Assembly (NCBI GenBank): GCA_965209085.1
Contig: OZ242376.1
Location: forward strand, 1,600,001-1,664,000
Reading direction: 5' to 3'
DNA: 64,000 nucleotides
DNA from: Nitrosopumilaceae archaeon
Lineage (GTDB): Archaea; Thermoproteota; Nitrososphaeria; Nitrososphaerales; Nitrosopumilaceae
Below, piece after piece: positions 41,160 through 50,824 of the stretch. How positions within the stretch are numbered: position 1 is the stretch's first letter; every line of letters begins with the position of its first letter. Made by a program: the position numbers and the translations under genes. Under the pieces are notes generated by a model. That model made no database searches. It was given only the letters and a program-made list of their open reading frames with translations, and was not told the origin of the DNA.

Positions 41160-41367
41160 AAGATGGGCTATTCACAGGCATTGTAGAGTTTCTGAGTGTG
41201 AAAATACATGTATGCACTATAGATCCGTGAACTAGAGTTGGCCGTAATTCACGTAAAATTGTATACAAACTATGGCCTGTCATATATCTAATAATTTGCC
41301 TTGAATGTTTGAACTTTTGTAACCGTCTAAAGTTTCAAAGTTGTATGCATATTTGATCAAACACAAT

Positions 41368-42555
41368 AGACCTCATACATAATTAACCAAAAAATCAATT
41401 TTGGCAAATCGAAAGATCTATGATCTAGTATCAGGTGCGCATAGCATATGCCAATCAGACAAACGCATGATCTCTAAACTGAAAAAGACGATCTTAAAGA
41501 TGGGAAAGAAGAGTTCCATGCAGGAAAAAAGAATTTCCAATCAAAAAGAAAGAATTTCCAAGCTGGAAGCAAAGAATCAACGCTACAAAAAAACGACTCT
41601 GAGCATCAATGATGACAAAAGACAGCATGTCGACAAATATTTGAACAAGGGAATTGGGAATGATGTTCATCCATATGAAATGACAGGAATGAACCGTGAA
41701 GAATTTGAATGGATTCTAGAACGGTTCTGAAAAACCGTGGAAGATTCGTCAGAGACTTCCCGCTTTTCAGAATATGTGGACAATCCTGAAAACATCTATA
41801 TCCTTACCGTAAAGCAAGTTTTGTTTATCGTAGTGCCGCAAACGCAATAATCTCAAACCGGGAGCACTTGCGTTCATTGCAAACGTTGATCAGAGCACCA
41901 TTAGCAGATATCTGACCTTTTCTGATGAGCAGTTGATGGATGTTCTTCCAACGGCTAAGAATATTGGTGCTGCAATACGGACAATACGTACAAGCGAGTT
42001 GTTTAAAAAATTCGTACCTGGCAGGGGCGGCGGCGAGATGTATCTTGATGCCACGTTTGTACAGGTTCAAAGGCCGCAGGAGAATCCAGAGGCAGTATAC
42101 TCTGGAAAACGCAAGAGGCACGTCTACAGCGTACCGATAGCCTCCAACAAAGATGGAGTGGTAAATGACATTGGCGGTCCAGAAGAGGGCTCAGTACACG
42201 ACATGGAGGTACTGCGGCGTAATCTGCCAAATTTTGGCAAATGGACCGATGGTATGAAAAATCCGGACACGAAAAAAGAGCGCCAAATTATGCTATATAC
42301 TGACAAGGGATATCTGTCCGTGGAAAAAGACTATCCTGGAATTATCTCAAAACAACCGTACAAAAAACCAAAGGGCAGGGGATTGACAGAGGCAGAACGC
42401 GAATACAGCAAGAGGATCAGTCGTAAGCGCATAAAAATAGAGCATGCCATAAACTGACTCAAATGGTTCCGTAGAATGAGTGCTGTATATGATGATACAA
42501 TGGATGCGTTTTATACAGAAATCCAAGTGGTTACAGGACTGACCAATCTGCACAT
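41368..42555 (+). mobile_element. Second IS5-like copy, 3' end deleted
   Basis: Near-identical to the 27147 copy; TIR AGACCTCATACATAAT after AAT; similarity stops at CTGCACAT. Confidence 0.9.
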
Positions 42556-42714
42556 GTCCAATTTGCATCAGAGAGTAACATTTCTGAATTTTACCGGCGT
42601 CTTGCAAAAAAGAGAGGATCATCCAAGGCCAAAGTTGCAGCAGCGGCCAAGATGCTTGATGTCATATTTGGTATGCTAAAGGATAGGAGTGAATTTGAAA
42701 TACATCATAGTTAA
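42553..42714 (+). pseudogene. C-terminus of IS110/IS1111 recombinase
   Basis: Hand translation HVQFASESNISEFYRRLAKKRGSSKAKVAAAAKMLDVIFGMLKDRSEFEIHHS*, typical IS110 C-terminal pattern. Confidence 0.8.
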
Positions 42715-42921
42715 AGCAACAAACCGCGGGTTAGACTTTGGAGATGTTACCCCGGTTGCATAACTGCGGTAAGCTTTAACATGTGGATAAAGATGGTTGT
42801 GGGATTAAATCCCGAATGGATAGATGTCTTTTCATCTTTTGGTTGGAAACAGACACATGGCGAAAGCCATACCGCATGACACAAAAAAGCAAGAAACCTT
42901 TAAAAAATATTCACATGAATA
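42715..42921 (+). ncRNA. IS1111-type non-coding right end, candidate bridge/seek RNA
   Basis: Stem-loops holding target- and donor-matching segments, GAAA tetraloop hairpin 42857-42870, sub-terminal TTCACAT-GAA-TA. Confidence 0.68.
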
Positions 42922-43175
42922 TGGTCTAATCATCATATTCTAGATGTGGAACTTTGGACAGATGTGAATTTTTTTTTGAATTGTATCTTGTAGGTGTCAC
43001 TTGCAGTTTTCAATATTTTCCAATATGTGCTGCAAATGATTTCCGCATAAAGTACAAACAGCATTGAAGAATATTTTCTAGTTTATCATATGAGAAAACG
43101 TTTTCTGTAAAAATACATGTGGAAAAAATCTAGCAGACAGCGTCTGCTGGTATGTTGAAAAATGAGATAAGTTTA

Positions 43176-43745
43176 CTAGATTACTTGCCAAGGTCTTGTA
43201 GCGAATGTTATTACATATCCGACGCCAATTATGATTGACTGGTATGCAATGTTTGTGTAAGGTATCTCTTTGAGAATGTAAGAACCTTCGACTACGACTG
43301 TTTGTCCCGGACCAAGACCTGGACCAACGGTTGCCACGTTGAGTTGTGTGTGTACATGGTATACACCAGGCTCTAAAGCCTTTGCGCAGATTTTGTATGG
43401 GACAAGATCGTTTCCTTCAATGTCAAAGACGTTTCCAGGAGGATCTCTAGATTGTATCTCCCATCTGTTTCCTGCATTAGTTGATTCTGAGAATATTGAA
43501 ACCCATGCTCTCAGATCTCTTTCTACAAGACTTTGTAGTTCGCCTTCAAGACAAAGTTGTTCACCAGTATTAAATGACTGTCCGTTAAAGGTTTCATCTT
43601 GGATCTTTACGAAACGACTTTGTAGTTGTGCTTGAACTCCGTGTGCTTCTGCAGTAGGCAGTATGGTATCAACCCAGTTGAAACCGAGGCTACCTAGTGC
43701 CAAAACTGCACCAAGTCCAATTACAAGAATTGTGTTGTTTTTCAT
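43176..43745 (-). CDS. amoB: Ammonia monooxygenase subunit B
   Basis: AEAHGVQAQLQSRF, NAGNRWE, YHVHTQLN, FATRPWQVI. Confidence 0.98.
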   Translation of the reverse strand: MKNNTILVIGLGAVLALGSLGFNWVDTILPTAEAHGVQAQLQSRFVKIQDETFNGQSFNTGEQLCLEGELQSLVERDLRAWVSIFSESTNAGNRWEIQSRDPPGNVFDIEGNDLVPYKICAKALEPGVYHVHTQLNVATVGPGLGPGQTVVVEGSYILKEIPYTNIAYQSIIIGVGYVITFATRPWQVI

Positions 43746-43986
43746 ATCTGTTAACTTGCATCAAACTACACATGGTTATATGTTTTATCTTATCATACGT
43801 GAGTTGGATATTGTTTAATGGCTATGATTAACATAGTTTTAATATCTGTAAATAATGAATAATAGCAATTTTTTATCAAAATATTCAAAATTATCGCATA
43901 CATTTTAGCAATATTTATGTTAATTTTCATGCATTTACGTATATTTGATACTATTGCTTTATATCAGATGAAGTGGTAATATCAGT

Positions 43987-44550
43987 ATGACACAAATGCC
44001 GGCACTGATCCCAAAAGAAGTCGAAATCCAAAGATTGAAAAAGATTTGGCTCATCATAATAGCCATGGGTTCTGTTGCTGCATCCGTCGAAGTAGACAAC
44101 TTCGTCGACGGATCTCTGCACCAAACATCTATCAGAGATAGCGCATTTACTCCAGCACACTGGTGGCTATATTCCCACTTTGTGGCGCTACCACTCGGTT
44201 GGGGTTCTGTAGCAATCTATGACAGAAAGGTGCCCATACTTCGTGGACCAAACAACTCGATGAACACGGGACTCAAAATGACCATTCTTGGTTATCTTGC
44301 AACCATGTTTACGATTGGTATAAATGAAATGTGGCACTTTTGGTTTGTAGAAGAGATATTTGCAGTACCGAACCACTGGATGTTCAACATGGGTGTTGTT
44401 GTGGCCTTTATGGGCGCTCTAGCTTACGTAGTTAGAGTGTACGCAAGGCTCGTCGAACTTGGCGCAGAAACGCCTGGTGAGAACCCCTATATCGCCGAGA
44501 TGTACAAGATGGCTTTAGAGGGCAAACTATACAGCAGATCCATACCCTAG
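43987..44550 (+). CDS. amoC: Ammonia monooxygenase subunit C
   Basis: DNFVDGSLHQTSIRDSAFTPAH, NEMWHFWFVEEIFAVPNHW. Confidence 0.99.
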   Translation: MTQMPALIPKEVEIQRLKKIWLIIIAMGSVAASVEVDNFVDGSLHQTSIRDSAFTPAHWWLYSHFVALPLGWGSVAIYDRKVPILRGPNNSMNTGLKMTILGYLATMFTIGINEMWHFWFVEEIFAVPNHWMFNMGVVVAFMGALAYVVRVYARLVELGAETPGENPYIAEMYKMALEGKLYSRSIP

Positions 44551-44761
44551 ATGCAACGCACCAATTTTTTTATTTTTATTTCACCATCAGCGAATGCTGT
44601 ACAACAGTTTGCACCCAATTTTTCAGAGGCTATTATTCCAGGTTCCGGCAGCCGCTTCCACCTATGCCTAAAACGAGGTTATTTTGCAGGCAATTATACC
44701 CATATATCGCATATAAGGCAATTTGAGAAATGTATATATCATACACAAATAACCTGAATTC

Positions 44762-45031
44762 ATGCTACCTGTATTAGGAATGTTCCTGAATATCATATCA
44801 GCACTGACTGGACAGCTTGGACCAAACTATGATCCATTGTTCTACGATGTGATGGTCTACATCTTTGGCACAATAATGTTTACGGTTTTCCTGCTATCAA
44901 TCATAGCTTACTGGCTACGTGTACACGGCTGGGGCTACAAAGACAACCGCGAACGCTGGATTGACGAATTAGACAGACATTTTGAAAGAGAAGGTATCGG
45001 TCTCATTCCAGACAACGGAAAGTACTGGTAA
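44762..45031 (+). CDS. Small membrane protein downstream of amoC
   Basis: 89 aa, TM helix, upstream TATA-like box and downstream T-tract. Confidence 0.7.
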   Translation: MLPVLGMFLNIISALTGQLGPNYDPLFYDVMVYIFGTIMFTVFLLSIIAYWLRVHGWGYKDNRERWIDELDRHFEREGIGLIPDNGKYW

Positions 45032-45136
45032 TCTTTTTTTATATTTTTATTTTTCAAACCCACAGGGTTGGAATTTGCAGCTTGCCGCAAAACACGTTAG
45101 AAAAACTATGAAAAGTCAGATTTAATTTTTCGCAAG

Positions 45137-45673
45137 TTATTGGATTGGGTCTACTGGTAAAAAGTCACGATCCTTTACATCATCATATTCTTTTGTCATA
45201 AACTTTGCAACATAATGCTCTTTGTCCACAAACGGCACTCGGATAAAGCTGTTTACAGGTTTGCCGTCTACCAGTACTGTCGATCTGCTTTCATCCATGT
45301 CCCGCAGTGGAAAGTCCCACATCCATAGAAAATGTCCCAGCTCAAACGGCCACTCTTCTTCCCATGTTGCATATATTTTGCCATCATCTGCAAGCGTGTA
45401 CATTGTTCTTTTACATCCATCATCAAATCCCACGTTGGCAGGAATATCCGCTTTTTGTCCGTCAACATACAGTTCCAGTGTTGCAGAAATTTCATACGGA
45501 GTGTACCTGTTGTTGATGCACACTTTGAGAGGATTGTCCACGTTAAGCTGGGTTTGTACTGCAGTGCTAGCTGCTGCAACTGATATTGCAATCACCGCCG
45601 TAATTATGAGGAATTTTAACGTCTGTTTTCTTTTGGCTGGATCACCCATGCCGGGCCAGTTCATGACATACAC
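45137..45673 (-). CDS. Membrane-anchored hypothetical protein
   Basis: N-terminal TM, two Cys, IPANVG motif. Confidence 0.75.
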   Translation of the reverse strand: MYVMNWPGMGDPAKRKQTLKFLIITAVIAISVAAASTAVQTQLNVDNPLKVCINNRYTPYEISATLELYVDGQKADIPANVGFDDGCKRTMYTLADDGKIYATWEEEWPFELGHFLWMWDFPLRDMDESRSTVLVDGKPVNSFIRVPFVDKEHYVAKFMTKEYDDVKDRDFLPVDPIQ

Positions 45674-45767
45674 ACAAGTAAGATTCCTTAAAGTCTTTTC
45701 TAAAAACCAGTATTATTCAAAACATACCTTGCGGTAAGTGTCAAACAATAAAAATAGAAAACAGGGA

Positions 45768-46097
45768 TTAGCCTCTACCTTGTGCTGCGTATTTGCCTTT
45801 GCGACTACGTATCATAAATACGCCTGCAATGCTGCCAAAGATGGCACCAGATATCACAGAAGCACCCAAGACGCTGCTTGCGTCAATATACGGAGTTCCC
45901 GAGCCAGCACCTGGATTATTTTTTACAGCTAAAACACGTGCATGTTGGAGTTTTAGAGCCTCTTCCAAGGTAAATCTACCAGTTTCGCCTTCAGAGCCAA
46001 CGTTACCACCATAGTATTGTGCTGAAGCACTGGTAATACCAAGGCTTACAACAAGTACTGAAGCGAGAATACCAGATAAGAGTAGTGTTGTATTCAT
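45768..46097 (-). CDS. Hypothetical membrane protein (signal peptide plus C-terminal TM)
   Basis: ASAQYY, TLEEAL, GSGTPY, KGKYAAQGRG. Confidence 0.75.
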   Translation of the reverse strand: MNTTLLLSGILASVLVVSLGITSASAQYYGGNVGSEGETGRFTLEEALKLQHARVLAVKNNPGAGSGTPYIDASSVLGASVISGAIFGSIAGVFMIRSRKGKYAAQGRG

Positions 46098-46145
46098 GTA
46101 TGTTTTAAACAACCAAGAGTATTTAACTTTACCTTTATTTTTGGT

Positions 46146-46226
46146 GTATAAGGTCAGCATCTCGTGCTATTTTGTGCCTACATCTTCATTTATTGCATAA
46201 ATTCTAGGCATGACGTGACCTCATAC
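46146..46226 (-). mobile_element. 81-bp family-2 MITE, second copy
   Basis: Near reverse complement of 41079-41159; perfect 8-bp duplication TTTTTGGT. Confidence 0.9.
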
Positions 46227-46281
46227 TTTTTGGTCATCTCAAAGGCAAAGGTTAATCTTGAAACAAATATGCCACGTTTAC

Positions 46282-46731
46282 ATGGGCAGACTACATTCGC
46301 ATAGGCACGGCAAATCCCACTCTACTAGACCGATAACTGCGGTAATTCCAAAATGGGTCACGCAGGATACGGCCGAGATAGAAGATATGATTGAAAAATA
46401 TGCCAAAGATGGCATGAGTCCAAGTCAGATAGGGATAAAGCTGCGCGATCAACACTCCATACCACTTACAAAATCCATTACGGGTAAGACAATATCGGAG
46501 ATACTTGTAGAGCACAAACTGCTCCCCGATCTGCCGGAAGATTTGGACAACATGGTCAAAAAGGCAGTAGGTTTGCAAAGACACCTCAAAGTAAACAAGG
46601 GCGATCGGCGTAACGTCAGATCCTTGGAGCTCATAGAGGCCAAAGTTCACAGACTTACCGTATATTACAAGCGCATAGAGCGCATTCCGAAAAACTGGAA
46701 ATATAAGTCAGTCATTGCCCAATTAGAATAA
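46282..46731 (+). CDS. rps15: 30S ribosomal protein uS15
   Basis: MGRLHSHRHGKSHSTRP, LRDQH, LPEDL, LIEAKVHRL. Confidence 0.96.
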   Translation: MGRLHSHRHGKSHSTRPITAVIPKWVTQDTAEIEDMIEKYAKDGMSPSQIGIKLRDQHSIPLTKSITGKTISEILVEHKLLPDLPEDLDNMVKKAVGLQRHLKVNKGDRRNVRSLELIEAKVHRLTVYYKRIERIPKNWKYKSVIAQLE

Positions 46732-46732
46732 C

Positions 46733-48145
46733 ATGCAAAAAGACCTTGGAGAATCGCTTTCGTATTTTGCAGATACTATACACGATGCGATCAAAACCGG
46801 AAAAACATTTTCTGTTACGACCCATTCAGACTGTGACGGATTAGTTTCAGGATCCATACTCTCCTCGGCACTTGACAGGGCGGGTGCAAAATTTACCATT
46901 AGAACCATACAGGGGTTTGAAGTGGATTCTGTAAAATCCCTCGAACGCGACGTAAATCTGATAACCGATCTTGGCAGTAATAACGCATCCGAGATTGAAT
47001 CAAAGATTGGCGGCGAGTGGTTTGTTTTGGATCACCACAGTGCGTCAGATTCAGAGTTGGAAAATCAAAGAGTGATAAACTCTTGGAAGTTTGGAATCGA
47101 TGGCGGTACTGAGGCATGCAGTGGTACAATGGCATATCTTGCTTCAGTTGCGCTTGATTCGGATAATTCGGATCTTTCAAAATTAGCTTTGGTTGCGGCA
47201 ATAGGGGACAGGCAGGACAAAGGCGAGAGAAAAACAATGCTAGGAGAGAATGCAAAAGTGCTAAAAACTGCCATAGATGCCGGACTTGTCGAATCACATC
47301 AGGATCTGCTTTTGGTTGGAAGGGAAACGCGCCCGCTTGCAGACGCGATGGCATTTACTGCAAGACCGTTTATCGAGGGGGTTACGTGGAATCATAAAGC
47401 ATGCATGGAGATTTTAAAATTATGCAACATTCCGCTAAAAAACGGAGGCAGATGGCGCGTTCCCGCAGAGCTCTCAAAGGAAGAAAAAGATTCCATTTTA
47501 AAATCACTAGTAGAGCATGCACACGGTGAGAATGCCTCAGCGGTAATCCACGAGATGATTGGCAGTGCGTACATTTTGAGTATGGAAGAATATGGAAGCT
47601 GCACGCGCGATGCCAGGGAATTTTCCACAATGTTAAATTCCTGTGGGCGCATCGGCATGCCAGGTATTGGCATCGCAGTGTGCATGGGAGAACGCGGTAC
47701 AATGCTCAAAGAAGCAGACGGGATGCTCGTACAGTACCGTTCTATGATTAAAGAATACATGAATGTGCTCTCCGGCGAGAGATGGAGAACTAGCAGCAGT
47801 GGCAAATGTATAATGGTTGACGGAAGCGGACTTGTTCCAGAATATATGACCGGTACTGTATCCTCGGTTATAGCAGGAGCGCCAAAAAACGCCGGAAAGA
47901 TTGTCATTTTGAGAACCAACAGCGGCGGAGATTCTGTGAAATTCTCCTCGCGCAAATCATCCAAATTTGCCGGTAAAATCAGCCTCAGCGATGTTATGCA
48001 CAATGGAGCGAAAAAATTTGACGGTATGGGCGGAGGCCACGATGGGGCTGCAAGTGCCCGCATAACTAGAGACAAATTAGACGGTTTTCTTGACTATCTT
48101 GAGGCAAATGTCGCTAACGTGCAAGATCAGGATAATAATCCGTGA
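46733..48145 (+). CDS. DHH/RecJ-like (GAN/Cdc45-type) protein
   Basis: HSDCDG, TDLG, LDHH, GGGHDGAA. Confidence 0.9.
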   Translation: MQKDLGESLSYFADTIHDAIKTGKTFSVTTHSDCDGLVSGSILSSALDRAGAKFTIRTIQGFEVDSVKSLERDVNLITDLGSNNASEIESKIGGEWFVLDHHSASDSELENQRVINSWKFGIDGGTEACSGTMAYLASVALDSDNSDLSKLALVAAIGDRQDKGERKTMLGENAKVLKTAIDAGLVESHQDLLLVGRETRPLADAMAFTARPFIEGVTWNHKACMEILKLCNIPLKNGGRWRVPAELSKEEKDSILKSLVEHAHGENASAVIHEMIGSAYILSMEEYGSCTRDAREFSTMLNSCGRIGMPGIGIAVCMGERGTMLKEADGMLVQYRSMIKEYMNVLSGERWRTSSSGKCIMVDGSGLVPEYMTGTVSSVIAGAPKNAGKIVILRTNSGGDSVKFSSRKSSKFAGKISLSDVMHNGAKKFDGMGGGHDGAASARITRDKLDGFLDYLEANVANVQDQDNNP

Positions 48146-48353
48146 AATGACCAAAGAGAAGATCAAGACTGTTTGTGAATCACTAGAACCGGACAATGTT
48201 GATTTTCCAAAAGGCCTGTCCATGAGCATAAAACATGAATCAACGGTACTGTTTTTGGATTTTGAAGGAACCGGCAGGGCTGTGGCATCTCTTTCTCCTA
48301 CAATAGACGAGGTGCTCGGACACGTGCAGACATCGCTTGGAGTTATAAAATAA
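48108..48353 (+). CDS. pcc1: KEOPS subunit Pcc1-like
   Basis: SLEPDN motif, conserved position between DHH and serS. Confidence 0.7.
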   Translation: MSLTCKIRIIIREMTKEKIKTVCESLEPDNVDFPKGLSMSIKHESTVLFLDFEGTGRAVASLSPTIDEVLGHVQTSLGVIK

Positions 48354-48354
48354 A

Positions 48355-49617
48355 ATGCTGGATCCGGACATACTGCGCGAAAAACCACAAGAGGTCCGGC
48401 GCATGCTGCAAAAACGTGGTGTGGAATTTGACATTGAAGGACTGCTTGCTGTAAACGAGACAAGACTCAAAGATATGGCATCAAGTGATGCACTGCGTCA
48501 TGAAAGAAACAAAATGGGCAAGATGATCTCGGATGCAAAAAAATCCGGCAATGATCCGGCAGATCTGTTCAAAAAAATGACCGAAATCTCAGAGCAGATT
48601 ACAAGAGCCGAAGAGGCTAGCATGGAATCGGAAAAAAAATACCGCCGTCTAGCGTTTACAATGCCCAACATGTTGGATGAGACAGTCCCGACAGGTCCGG
48701 ATGAATCAGCAAACAAGCTTGTCCGCAAATGGGGCGATAATACAAATGCTGAATTTGAGTCAAAAAACCATCTAGACGTTGCAGCATCTTCGAATATGAT
48801 AGACATGGAAAGAGCTGCAAAGACTGCCGGTTCCAGATTTTATTATCTGCGCGACGGGCTAGTGCGGCTCAACCAGGCAATCATATCTTACTCGTTGGAT
48901 TTTCTCTCAGGCAAAGGCTACGGTCTAGTGCAGCCTCCATACATGATAAACCGTGCCGCAATGGAGGGGGCAATCATAACCGAGGACTTTGAGGATGTCA
49001 TATACAAAATAGAGGATGAGGATTTGTACCTCATAGGCACCTCCGAGCATGCAATGGCTGCCATGCATTCAAAAGAGATCATAGAGGGGGCAGATATTCC
49101 CAAAAGATACGCAGGAGTCAGCCCGTGCTTTAGAAAAGAAGCCGGAGCGCACGGCAGAGATCAAAAAGGAATATTCCGCGTGCATCAGTTTGAAAAAATA
49201 GAACAGTTTGTCTTTACAAGACCTGAAGAATCACGTCAAGAGCACGAAAAGATGCTTGAGATTGCAGAAGAATTTTATCAGAATTTGGAGATACCCTACA
49301 GGGTCATGCTGCTATGTACCGGGGATATTGGTAAAGTCTCGGCCAAAACATACGACATTGAAGCGTGGATGCCGGCCCAAAAGGCGTATAGGGAAATTGT
49401 CTCATGTTCCAACTGTCTTGACTATCAGACCCGCAGGCTCTTAATCCGGTACAGAGAGCGCACAAACGAGCAAACATCCTATCCTCATACGCTAAACTCA
49501 ACTTTGGCGGCAACCACAAGGGTCATGGTTGCAATTTTGGAGAATTTTCAGACAAAGGACGGACATGTCGCCGTTCCAAACCCCCTCAGGGCATACATGG
49601 GCAGGGAAATTCTCTGA
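48355..49617 (+). CDS. serS: Seryl-tRNA synthetase
   Basis: GTSEH, FRKEAG, FRVHQF, EIVSCSNC. Confidence 0.97.
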   Translation: MLDPDILREKPQEVRRMLQKRGVEFDIEGLLAVNETRLKDMASSDALRHERNKMGKMISDAKKSGNDPADLFKKMTEISEQITRAEEASMESEKKYRRLAFTMPNMLDETVPTGPDESANKLVRKWGDNTNAEFESKNHLDVAASSNMIDMERAAKTAGSRFYYLRDGLVRLNQAIISYSLDFLSGKGYGLVQPPYMINRAAMEGAIITEDFEDVIYKIEDEDLYLIGTSEHAMAAMHSKEIIEGADIPKRYAGVSPCFRKEAGAHGRDQKGIFRVHQFEKIEQFVFTRPEESRQEHEKMLEIAEEFYQNLEIPYRVMLLCTGDIGKVSAKTYDIEAWMPAQKAYREIVSCSNCLDYQTRRLLIRYRERTNEQTSYPHTLNSTLAATTRVMVAILENFQTKDGHVAVPNPLRAYMGREIL

Positions 49618-49653
49618 CGTACCCTTATATTTTGGACTAGGAGCACATGGCTA

Positions 49654-50268
49654 TTGGCTCGGAGAAAAACCAGGGTAAAAGACAAGTGGCGTGAGAAAAA
49701 ATGGGTTACGGTTCACGCCCCAGAATCCTTTGGCAGTGTACCCCTAGCATACATTCCAATAACAGACATCAAAAAAATCGGTGGCAGGGTCGTAGAGGTT
49801 ACCCTCTTTGATGTCCTAAAGGGCGATCCTTCACAGCACCAGTATAAAATTTACTTTCAATTGGATAAAATAAATGATGATGGAACGGCAAGCAGTATAT
49901 TCAAAAGATACCAGTATGCGACAGAATATCTGCGCAGTCTCGTCCGCCGCGGCTCTTCAAAAATTACATTCATCATAGACTCACAGACAAAGGACGGCTA
50001 TGTATTCAGAATTAAAGTAATTGCCCTGACGCACCGCCCGTTAAACACTTCCCGCAAACATGCACTCCGTTTGATAGCGCGCGATATAATAACAAAATCA
50101 GTTCCAAACATGAACATTGACGAGTTTGTCCAGACCGCCTGTTACGGCAAGCTAAACTCGGACATTATGGCACAGGCCAAAAAAATTATACGTCTCAGAC
50201 ACGTCGGACTTGAAAACGTAAAACTGATCAAGACGGCAAAGGAACAGATTACACTCCTAGAGGCATAA
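49654..50268 (+). CDS. rps3ae: 30S ribosomal protein eS1 (S3Ae)
   Basis: KDKWREKKW, GRVVEVTL, YLRSLVRRGSSK. Confidence 0.95.
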   Translation: MARRKTRVKDKWREKKWVTVHAPESFGSVPLAYIPITDIKKIGGRVVEVTLFDVLKGDPSQHQYKIYFQLDKINDDGTASSIFKRYQYATEYLRSLVRRGSSKITFIIDSQTKDGYVFRIKVIALTHRPLNTSRKHALRLIARDIITKSVPNMNIDEFVQTACYGKLNSDIMAQAKKIIRLRHVGLENVKLIKTAKEQITLLEA

Positions 50269-50277
50269 CAGGAGAAA

Positions 50278-50688
50278 ATGGCTGTACAGGCCTCCATTGA
50301 GATAATACTGCACGCAACAGAGGATGTGCCAAAGTTTTACAAAGCGGTAAAAGATATCTTTGACTTTGATGATGAAAATATTTCAGAAACGCGCACCACC
50401 GGCCATTATGGCAACGAGATCAGGATTTTGCACATGAGTGCAAAAAAACACAAAGCTGAGAAAATTATTCATGCCATATCAAAAGGCCTGCACGACTCAG
50501 TTAATGACATCCCCGGCGAGATTGCCCAGAGGCTTTCAGATTCAGGATTATACATAAGACTTGACAAACAGGAATTCGTGCAGGGTAAGATTACACTGCA
50601 GGATGGAGGGTCAGTAAGGGTCCGCATATACACTCCCGTATACGTAAAAAAGAACGCCGAATCCGAATATATCGCGCTCTTCCAATAA
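50278..50688 (+). CDS. RNA-binding protein (DUF54-like)
   Basis: HATED, GHYGNEI, YIRLDKQ. Confidence 0.85.
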   Translation: MAVQASIEIILHATEDVPKFYKAVKDIFDFDDENISETRTTGHYGNEIRILHMSAKKHKAEKIIHAISKGLHDSVNDIPGEIAQRLSDSGLYIRLDKQEFVQGKITLQDGGSVRVRIYTPVYVKKNAESEYIALFQ

Positions 50689-50719
50689 GAGATATACGCC
50701 CTCACATGTGCCATAATGC

Positions 50720-50787
50720 GGGTATGAGGAGATAACAGCCGCTCCAGTCTGAGCGAAAGCGTTGAAGATGCCGCGACGAACCGACCC
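50720..50787 (+). ncRNA. Candidate box C/D sRNA
   Basis: C ATGAGGA, D' CTGA, GCGAAAGC hairpin, C' TTGAAGA, D CCGA, terminal GGG/CCC stem. Confidence 0.65.
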
Positions 50788-50824
50788 AAATTCTCAAAAT
50801 GTATAAGGCACTATTTTGTAAACC

